Shown here in pieces: positions 28,301-34,549 of a DNA stretch of 34,549 nt. Under the pieces are notes generated by a model. That model saw only the letters and a list, made by a program, of their open reading frames with translations, was not told the origin of the DNA and did not search any database. The position numbers were made by a program, and so were the translations under genes. Origin of the DNA: a virus (Duplodnaviria > Caudoviricetes); the IMG/VR virus record IMGVR_UViG_3300025392_000096, positions 1 to 34,549 of that record. One strand, 5' to 3'. Position 1 is the stretch's first letter, and each line of letters starts with the position of its first letter.

Positions 28301-31300
28301 AATCACTGCTGTTAAACTTGGTCTACTAAAACTTCCGATACTGGCATAACTTAATTCGCTATCAGTAGCAAATGTTGTATCATATAAACCAGAAATAGTA
28401 GTAGGTTGAGCATCGTAACTCTGTAAGGCAGTTATATTGTCTAACTCAACTGTTTGATTAGCCAGCAATGATTGATTTGCCAATTCTACAAATTGTTTAA
28501 GTGCTTCAAATCTGTTAATAAACATACTTTGGCGAGGACGATTTTCAATACCGTAACGCAATTTAACTGGTAATTCTAAATCTGGTACTAGACGTCCGGC
28601 AGAATCTTTTCCGCATAAACTATCAATCCATTTCTGTTCAATCACAGTAGGGATATATGTAGTTGGGTCATCGCTAATAATAGTCCAATGACTATGTACA
28701 TTTTGATCTGTTTTCTCAGTTGTCCAATATTCGAGACTTAAGACTACTTCGTTAGATTTTAAATATTGTTTAGCATTGATTAAACTAAAACTGTTAAGTC
28801 CAGTTAAGGCAAGATATGTGTATCCTTCGCCGCGAGGATTGCTAATCAAGTTTGAAACATCCTGAGCAGCCATGTTTCTTCCTGGTATGTTAGGAATAAA
28901 CTTTTTGTTTTTAACCCAATAATAGTAAGTATAAACTAAAGTCTGTGTCACTGAGTTATAAGTTGTTTTGACACTATACTGACTGTCTCCGTATAAACTT
29001 GTACCACTAATGTTTAATGCTAGACCGGCAGGAGTATCTGCTTGAGCATCCCACTGGCTAGGTTTATATTTTGTCTTGATCCATTCGTAGATGTCTATAC
29101 TAGCACCTGTGGCTAGTGTACTCCAGTTGGTATTTCTATAAACAGGATCTTCTTCATAAGCATCTATAATTTTAGCTGTACGTAAATCCCACCAAATTTG
29201 TCCAACCTGGTCGCTGGTCCATGCTACAGTATCAGCTTGAGATGTTACACCATTGACAGTATTATAAACAGCAGGATCATAAAATGCCTTATACATTATT
29301 TCTTCTTCTGCTGGGCCTGGGATTTTACCTTGGGCAATATCCACTACATCTAAATGTGTTATTAATTCGCCAGTTTTTCTGTTGTATAAAAATGCTTTTC
29401 TAATTTTTGTAACATCTGGTTTATCTACTTCAACGTGATCTATAGTCCAAGTAAATGTGTTTCGAGCTTTTTCATAATTATAAACGCGGCCTGAATTAAA
29501 TCCTTGATCTAAAGATTCTGGAGCACCTACTAAAATATGATTACTACCTACACCTAAACCTACACCATATCCATCTGCTATTAGTGTTTCGTTAGTTACT
29601 AGCGCCGCAGTACCAGTTCCAGAACCGTCGCCTGTTGCTCTAAACTCAACTCCTATAGCATTGGTACTTGCGCCAATCTTTGTAAAATCTGTAGTACCAA
29701 TTGTTAAAATCTGATAAACGTTGTTGATTTGGAATTCGCCTGCTGTTGTAATAGGATTAGACTTGGTCAGGCTTTCGCTAAAGACCCAGTTGTTTGCGTA
29801 CATATCATAGACGTCAACACGACCACTATTAACTTGTGTATAACTAAAGGCAGTACTATTTTTATCAAATGTTGTTGTATTATTATCAAATGTTGTTGTA
29901 ATTCTTGTATCACCATATTGACTATAAACAACAAGTGTTTGATAATCATTCATAAAGGATATTTTATTACCAAAGTGTCCGTTAATTTCTGGTAAACGTG
30001 GAACTAGACTTTGATAGAAAGAATAAGTGTTGTTTGTATAAGAGTAAACAGTCACTCCGCCTTCAGCTGACAAATTGTTAACTGTAGCACTATCATCAGC
30101 TATAGCAATATATGTACCGTTGTTGCTTACGCTAGTACTAATACCAAAATCTAAATCATTGCCGTTTAATGTTTGTAAGAAACTAAAACCAGAGCCAAAG
30201 TTTTTATAAATGTTGACTCGACCGGTAACTGTTCCGGCGCTGGCGCCAATAACCAATGTGTTACCGTCTTGGCTTAAACTAATTGAATTGCCAAAGTTTT
30301 CGCCTGCTCGTGTACCTGTATATATTTCTGTAAAGTCATAACCCCAACCGATACTAGCAAAAGATATTAAGCCACTTGGTAATGAATCAGGGCTACCACT
30401 TAGCAATAAGGTTGTAGAATTGACAACTTGTAGGACTGTTTGGTTGCTGGTAAATGCCGCATTAATTACATACATACCGGCTCTAACGCCTACGGTGCTA
30501 GTTACTACAAGTGTTCCAAAACTACTGCCTACAGGATTATATGCGCTAGTTGCTTGTATAACTGTTGAATATTTTAATTTATAAACTCGACCAGTAGAAC
30601 TATACCCTGGAGCAGAAACATATAATACATTATTTCCAAATACAAGATTTTTTCCGAAGTTTTCATTAGCCACAGGGAATGGACTAATAATAGTATCTAC
30701 TAGACTGTAAATGTTATTGGCGTCTTTCTTGTATATACTTACTACACCTTGGCCAGCAGGACCTGCTACAGCATTTTGTTTAACCCATTGTCCATTACCC
30801 GAGTCAGGAGCAGGTTGAGGTTGTTGTATACCTAGCATTATTCCAGTTCCGCCATTTATTAACGGTACTAAAATACTTCCGCCTGGTGTTGGAGTTAATG
30901 AAAACGTTGTTGAAGTAAAGTTAGTGGCAGCTATGTAGTAAATTAATCCAGCAGTGATACCACCAAATGTATTTCCAGAAAATATAATTTGGTATCCTGG
31001 TGATAAATTTTGTGTACTAATACAAGTTAATATGTAATTAATTCCGTCGGTTTTTATAACTGATACAGTAGTCTGACCATACAATGCTCCTGCCGCTTTA
31101 TAAACATTTGTTTTATAAATGACTAAAGAACCTGCTGTATATGAATTGTATATCGACCAAGTTCCGTAACTATCAACTGGAATATAATGTATATTAATCC
31201 AGTGATTTAAATTAGTCGCTGGTGGAGTATTGACTGGAACATTATCAATTGCTTGCCAATATTGTGTATTACTTCCAGTGCCAGTTGAAACAATAAGGCC

Positions 31301-34300
31301 TGGACCGTAGATACTATTACTATTATAACTACCAAGATAATCCGTTACCGCATAACCGGCTAATGGACTGCCCGATGCTAACCAAGTGCCGTCTGCGTTA
31401 AACGCTATAGAAGTAGATAGTACTGTAGCTGGGTTTGGATTTGTTGTAATAGTATAAGAACCACTTGTCGTAGCATAAGCTGGTTGACTAATAGTTAAAA
31501 ATCCTGTTGTTGCCCCACTTACCAATGTCTGTTGAGAAATACCAGGACCTTGTATAAAGCCGCCAATCATACTAGGATCAGCATTTCCTAAAGCCACTGT
31601 TGTACTGTTAGCAGTCGTTGATCCAGTAGTAAATGTAACTGTGTTAGCGGCAATAAACGGAGGAGAAATAACTTGTCTCGAAGTCCAAGCAGATTTTGAA
31701 CTTGGTTTATCGTAAGTTAATAACTGTCCGAAACTAGTACCTACAGCAGATAAATTGCCGTTACCGTTTATGGCTATTACATTGCCGAATCTTAATTGAT
31801 TTTGAGGCTGTGTATTATTAAGATTACTAATAGCATACACAGGATCATAAATCCAACTAGCCCATTTGCCGTTACCGTTATCGTCTGTCCAAACTAATGC
31901 TCCTGGATTTAGTTTAGCTGTTAAGATAGAATCTAATGTGTCAATACTAGATGTTTTTTGACTTATTAAAGCATAAAGAACTAATTGATTAGCTTGTGTA
32001 AACGGACTTGGGAATCCTGAGATATTAGCAGAAACTGTAAAACTATTTAAAGTTGTACTAGTAATTTGATAAAATCCATTTAATAACGGAACTTGTGCTA
32101 GACCGATCCAAGATCCCACAGCTAGATTGTTTAGACTCTGTGTAGTAATGATTAATATTTTTGACGAATCGTTATAAGATACATTTGTAATAGGTAACTG
32201 AATATCAGTGTATCTATATAAATTCCAACTAGGGCCTTCGAATGTTACCCAGATATAAGACCCTTCGTCAAATTTACTAATGTCATAATTTTGTATCTGG
32301 GGCAAATAACCTAAAGTTAAAAATACTTCTGAAGAATTTACATATCCAGCAGTGCGTAAAAATGGCTTGTAGTTAGTTAATACTGGCCATGGGTTGCTGT
32401 TATAACCAAGAGGTTTAACATAAACATCTGTCGGCAACTGTTGTGAAATAAACGTGTTGTCTAATGTAGAATCGTGAGTGTTAGTTAATTCAAATCCTTG
32501 AGGATTAGATCTAAACTCTGCCTCGTCTAAAATAAATTCAATATTTTCAAATGCTCTGCTAGCACCATACTGTCCTGAACGAATGGCCCACTCTTCGTAA
32601 AATACTAGGCTTTCTTTATTTTCGCTACTTAGAACATTAAACAATTTATTAAGACTGTTTTGTGTGCCTTTTTCACGAACCATTCCTTGATAGAATTTAA
32701 ATTCGCTAACATTATCTTGTATAATATTATCCAAGTATTGACGCTTTTGGTATCCTACCAAGTGATGTGCCATGGTTTGTTGAGCACTATCAAAATTGTC
32801 ACTGTCTAGACTATAGAAATCAGTAAACTGAGTTGCTTTGTATGTCCAGTTTGGTATCAGCTTTGGCGTTGGTTTTGTTGTTAACTGTGTCCAATCGGAA
32901 GCTATAAATGTTTCTGTACCAGGCAATGCTGATAACGCACTATAGTAGAATCCTTGATTGTTTACAATGTCGCCCAAGGCATAATCTTGCCATGGCTGCC
33001 ATTGTTTAATTTTTGCTTGGTCAAATATAAAGCCTGGGACATCTAACCCTCCATACCAATCAATGCTTGTATGGCCTGAAACTTTTACACGTTCTTGTCT
33101 ATATCCGCTTTCGGGATTATAAATTACATCATTAAAAATTGTTTTGTTATCTAACGTAACAACGTGTTCATTTTGTATTAGATAAAAACTAGCACCATAA
33201 ATTCCATCTGTAGTTCTTGGGCTATATGTTACTAAATTACCTTCTCTATAGCTGTCAAGGAACAATGGAGCAAGAGGAGTTCCGTCAACTTTGAATATTT
33301 CATATTCATAAAATTGATTATTAATATTATCCACCACTGCTAATGGAGTATTAAATGTTAATTTATTAGCGGCAGGGCTTAGACTGATAACACTACTACC
33401 TACAGTACTTAATCCTTCTAACTTAGTATACTTTAATGGATCAAATATATCACTAGCCGCAAGATTATATAATGCGCTGTAATAATCACCGTTGTATTTG
33501 ACAACCGTGCCATAAGTTACTGGTTCGTTAGGAGTCCAGCTAGCCCATTTTTCTGATCCTGCGCTCCAATTTTGTGTAGTCCAGAATAAAAATTCTTGGG
33601 CACTATTTTCCCAGTTAGCTACTGCGCTTAAATTATTATTGAATTCGTCAAATACGAATCCTTGATCTTTAAGCCATTCGCCGTATCCTTGTAAAAAATC
33701 TACCACATCTTGTAGTTTAGCAAATTCTGTGCCATAAGGAACAGTGATAGGATTAGATCTATCCCATAGTTTTCTTAATACTGCGTTTGCTCCACCAATA
33801 GTTGGTAATTCGCCAATAGATGTAAACTGCGCAGGATCAAAACTTGCGCCAGTTGTTAATGTAGATACTGCTCTATAATAATGACCAGCATACAATACAA
33901 TAGACCCAGCAATGTATTGTTGACCGCTAGTCCAATTTGAAAATGCTTCGCTTATGCCGCCAACATTAATGCTTTGTCCAGTTTGAGTCCAAGGATAATA
34001 TTTAAAATAAGGTTGTGTAGTACTGTATCCTTTTACTTCATATCCTTCTTGTAGTCGAGTTATAATAACTCCGCTGTAAGTAATTTTCTTAATTGGACTT
34101 GAACTATTAATATTAATATGATAGTTTTCCTGAGGTACAAATACACTACCTGTACTTAACGGTGTTTTGCTATCTAAAATAATATTAAATTGATCTTTAC
34201 TACTAAATGCGCCTAATCTATAACTAATTTGACTTGTCATGGTAGACAAATCAGTCGCATACTGATTATAATCTTTAATGTTGTTACTAAAGATAAAGTT

Positions 34301-34549
34301 TAATATGTGGTCAACAATATAGTTAACTACGCCAGCAGTTTGTACTCTAACAGCACTAGAATATATGCTTGGTAAAACAACATCTTGAGGTCTTACACGC
34401 AAATTAGTTTGTTTATAAACTAACTGTCCGGCTAAATTTCTTACAATGTTAGATCTATCTAAACACAATCCAAATGTTTTAGCTGGTGTTAATAATATAG
34501 AAGTTAATAGTACACTAAACGGATAGTGACTACTACGGCGCCATGCGGC
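22313..34549 (-). CDS. Giant multidomain virion structural protein (baseplate wedge/tail-associated), partial, >4078 aa
   Basis: The frame stays open from 34468 to the window end (AAWRRSSHYPFSVLL...). Contains CBM5/12-like, FG-GAP-like propeller, GxGY..P and xDGxT..F repeats. Confidence 0.88.
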   Translation of the reverse strand, partial: AAWRRSSHYPFSVLLTSILLTPAKTFGLCLDRSNIVRNLAGQLVYKQTNLRVRPQDVVLPSIYSSAVRVQTAGVVNYIVDHILNFIFSNNIKDYNQYATDLSTMTSQISYRLGAFSSKDQFNIILDSKTPLSTGSVFVPQENYHININSSSPIKKITYSGVIITRLQEGYEVKGYSTTQPYFKYYPWTQTGQSINVGGISEAFSNWTSGQQYIAGSIVLYAGHYYRAVSTLTTGASFDPAQFTSIGELPTIGGANAVLRKLWDRSNPITVPYGTEFAKLQDVVDFLQGYGEWLKDQGFVFDEFNNNLSAVANWENSAQEFLFWTTQNWSAGSEKWASWTPNEPVTYGTVVKYNGDYYSALYNLAASDIFDPLKYTKLEGLSTVGSSVISLSPAANKLTFNTPLAVVDNINNQFYEYEIFKVDGTPLAPLFLDSYREGNLVTYSPRTTDGIYGASFYLIQNEHVVTLDNKTIFNDVIYNPESGYRQERVKVSGHTSIDWYGGLDVPGFIFDQAKIKQWQPWQDYALGDIVNNQGFYYSALSALPGTETFIASDWTQLTTKPTPKLIPNWTYKATQFTDFYSLDSDNFDSAQQTMAHHLVGYQKRQYLDNIIQDNVSEFKFYQGMVREKGTQNSLNKLFNVLSSENKESLVFYEEWAIRSGQYGASRAFENIEFILDEAEFRSNPQGFELTNTHDSTLDNTFISQQLPTDVYVKPLGYNSNPWPVLTNYKPFLRTAGYVNSSEVFLTLGYLPQIQNYDISKFDEGSYIWVTFEGPSWNLYRYTDIQLPITNVSYNDSSKILIITTQSLNNLAVGSWIGLAQVPLLNGFYQITSTTLNSFTVSANISGFPSPFTQANQLVLYALISQKTSSIDTLDSILTAKLNPGALVWTDDNGNGKWASWIYDPVYAISNLNNTQPQNQLRFGNVIAINGNGNLSAVGTSFGQLLTYDKPSSKSAWTSRQVISPPFIAANTVTFTTGSTTANSTTVALGNADPSMIGGFIQGPGISQQTLVSGATTGFLTISQPAYATTSGSYTITTNPNPATVLSTSIAFNADGTWLASGSPLAGYAVTDYLGSYNSNSIYGPGLIVSTGTGSNTQYWQAIDNVPVNTPPATNLNHWINIHYIPVDSYGTWSIYNSYTAGSLVIYKTNVYKAAGALYGQTTVSVIKTDGINYILTCISTQNLSPGYQIIFSGNTFGGITAGLIYYIAATNFTSTTFSLTPTPGGSILVPLINGGTGIMLGIQQPQPAPDSGNGQWVKQNAVAGPAGQGVVSIYKKDANNIYSLVDTIISPFPVANENFGKNLVFGNNVLYVSAPGYSSTGRVYKLKYSTVIQATSAYNPVGSSFGTLVVTSTVGVRAGMYVINAAFTSNQTVLQVVNSTTLLLSGSPDSLPSGLISFASIGWGYDFTEIYTGTRAGENFGNSISLSQDGNTLVIGASAGTVTGRVNIYKNFGSGFSFLQTLNGNDLDFGISTSVSNNGTYIAIADDSATVNNLSAEGGVTVYSYTNNTYSFYQSLVPRLPEINGHFGNKISFMNDYQTLVVYSQYGDTRITTTFDNNTTTFDKNSTAFSYTQVNSGRVDVYDMYANNWVFSESLTKSNPITTAGEFQINNVYQILTIGTTDFTKIGASTNAIGVEFRATGDGSGTGTAALVTNETLIADGYGVGLGVGSNHILVGAPESLDQGFNSGRVYNYEKARNTFTWTIDHVEVDKPDVTKIRKAFLYNRKTGELITHLDVVDIAQGKIPGPAEEEIMYKAFYDPAVYNTVNGVTSQADTVAWTSDQVGQIWWDLRTAKIIDAYEEDPVYRNTNWSTLATGASIDIYEWIKTKYKPSQWDAQADTPAGLALNISGTSLYGDSQYSVKTTYNSVTQTLVYTYYYWVKNKKFIPNIPGRNMAAQDVSNLISNPRGEGYTYLALTGLNSFSLINAKQYLKSNEVVLSLEYWTTEKTDQNVHSHWTIISDDPTTYIPTVIEQKWIDSLCGKDSAGRLVPDLELPVKLRYGIENRPRQSMFINRFEALKQFVELANQSLLANQTVELDNITALQSYDAQPTTISGLYDTTFATDSELSYASIGSFSRPSLTAVIADGRITGINIISSGKGYLIAPYLNISGAGQGAIVQSVINTKGQIVGVVIVASGEGYNDATTVSVRDYSALVQSDSQASNNWSIYSYDPVQKSWTRTLTQRYDVREYWNYADWYGSYTDSSGKVMFTATQFTVAKYSVATLADLNSLQTSIGDTVKVRTTNAGGWELLYKYADSTSVDWTQSYATVGIQNGTIQLSSNLYKLANTDLGFDNTIFDTNGFDKVADTELRIILDTLKNKIFTQDNNLNGVYNDLFFASVRYALSEQPYVDWIFKTSFVKAQHNVGALDQPVTYKPDNLANFEDYVNEVKPYKTKVREYISNYESVDPAQLPITDFDLLPIYENNAISVINTYINNGVVGSGDANIQNYPWKFWLDNAGFKVIDIKLVSGGSNYVTEPQVIFTSSSGSDASARALISNGQVNRIILTNVDDFGASGSGYLSAPTITISGGLLQGGTPAQAVAIIGDTVVRSTLIGMKFDRVDDTYFITQRTKTEVFTGTGNQQQFKLVWGPDVIIGQSSVLINNILALRDSYTLSVVKSTIKGYTTYSGIIQFNTAPAKGATISVTYNIDQALLKATDRIQYLYNSESGDLGKDLAQLMTGIDYGGVIIDGIGFQIANGWDSLPFFSDKWDSYDETFTDYNVVVSANTNTFTLPYTPAAGTQLTIYRTQTHTDSYQSDGATKIYNYNLRDSLPYVTVTNNLSTTGTRGSATLTVSNTQTLKVGDVVTLVNLNVFAYNTTVSAIVNSTTVTLSNIIYADISAGTYVTFTRTLVQPTDVTIKSDGTIVLTNLSNSKIFAGTVINIIGKQSPVRLDDPYYNIFPFISDIVTASAYDTAFTTPGLVNNIQTLFVGLEILNQVTTYGFDAVTTAYSVSTIVNKILAIPAVAANTTAVQTINTNLTSIVGIIDQTNNGVIPTPEFPPPAGLGAGYINAGSLLEDNIPFIQAEMVAYITANYPTANYDHNAYQSNIQYEVWSLIYDLTYGGNSTITQAGLKYWSSSSALRVNLTKAWTGIYTRFNTLLQGIITNTAVTPLQNVFTQYIDLTLTGGFIASTSISNNITRLSSIVGALNKPTLTVIAPTLSRAPSDLQVVANAILTATGLIPSYNKNAIVNTFLSNGMPDSVGVVSKTFNIPAPYNLVDGGASFTTLDTEVDDGGNASSSSVTVVDDGGSASSSAFVVNAGDQFIIRQATSDGSVSPKQTDFDTSLSGGDTSALNGVYATATGLAADDIIVDGDDFVSTASSYAPEEVVPGQVVDTVAIKVFDRPSSGSATMRTDNYIADGSTVNFSLSQQPNGTGAVIVKLNDTIATLTTDYTVDFRNRLIVFNSAPAANTQVSLFSIGFNGSNILEIDHFIGDGYTTEFVTNATYQSLFTTLVYIDGVVSNPQIFETNSSYAFANGIAFRFTSAPAAGALISFVIVSGTQQTFAITKVETIATNGSLTYTLNNQIGNSLPNESSMIVRVDQNILSAPDNSYFTIGSNRLNYNIDPVKFVPYSVGIADINVLVGNTTLKPGTDYIVDLGGITIKITKTVYNAYKGKTLVVSVVTGQGYTYNASTRQITFSQAYDNTHLVQVISSYQHDILDIQRTVINVSSVAQLTPNTASYYYYQEAAGGLISLDRPVISDYYVWVIKNSLLLTPTTEYKLNDDRQSITLATPLLNSDKITLITFGSNVLTPGVAYMQFKDMLNRTTYKRLSAVKQTTLAQNLNWNSTSIVLADASNFDDPNPSKNKPGAIEIRGERIEYFAKNGNTLSQLRRGTLGTGINTQVIAGTFVQDVGSAETIPYTDTQIVQHIISDGSLTVPLNFIPTSVDQLEVFVGGYNDGNEWSTNVAYSVGAIVNQGPYAYRCIQAHTSTTFFDDIANWKFFIGNRRLKKTSYKVFNINNAPDSPEGDVTFPADFTVDGQTAAITLTNQIDFGTQITVIKRTGTQWDGNKNGTKVDPVNAPSVGVLNDTSTVGQFLRAVPGIWYSEYKQISTTPTGTFDSAGDTMDSSGQTFDQG

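Larger units (their letters stand above)
1..34549. mobile_element. Fragment of a large tailed (myovirus-like, likely jumbo) bacteriophage genome
   Basis: Tail-collar, gp9/gp10-like and fibre proteins, a giant structural ORF, thyX, a MoxR/VWA pair, tightly packed genes with TAATG/ATGA overlaps, and no cellular housekeeping context. Confidence 0.93.

Noticed and set aside
7191-29995. Many 60-106 aa + strand ORFs opposite the tail and GT genes, and 29767-29949(-)
   Set aside because: Antisense open frames are expected from the Thr/Gly/Val/Ser-biased codons of the real - strand genes; none has an RBS or recognisable domain.
1-34549. Stop-codon reassignment, inteins, introns, tRNA or ncRNA genes
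   Set aside because: Standard code 11 gives full-length, tightly packed genes. No intein or homing-endonuclease motifs were noticed, and intergenic gaps are at most about 80 nt and occupied by promoters or RBSs.

Overview
This is a gene-dense, AT-rich segment of a large tailed (myovirus-like, probably jumbo) phage genome, with two convergent blocks. The + strand (1-7086) carries small hypothetical genes, a MoxR AAA+ ATPase, a HExxH-metallopeptidase/VWA (DUF2201-like) partner, each with its own near-consensus sigma70 promoter, and thyX. The - strand (34549 to 7040) is a tail/baseplate module: a >4000 aa multidomain protein running off the window edge, a repeat fibre with a T4 gp9/gp10-like N-terminus, an apparently intact sedolisin/kumamolisin (S53) protease, three paralogous fibre proteins and further structural genes. 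It ends in a six-gene operon with four GT-A glycosyltransferase-like genes. The most striking candidates are the tail-embedded S53 acid protease coupled to a fibre gene, a possible virion-glycosylation operon, and RNA structures (a pseudoknot-like element and cUUCGg hairpins) overlapping promoters and ribosome-binding sites. No tRNA, rRNA, CRISPR array or transposase was seen. All family calls are from motif recognition by eye; no database searches were run.
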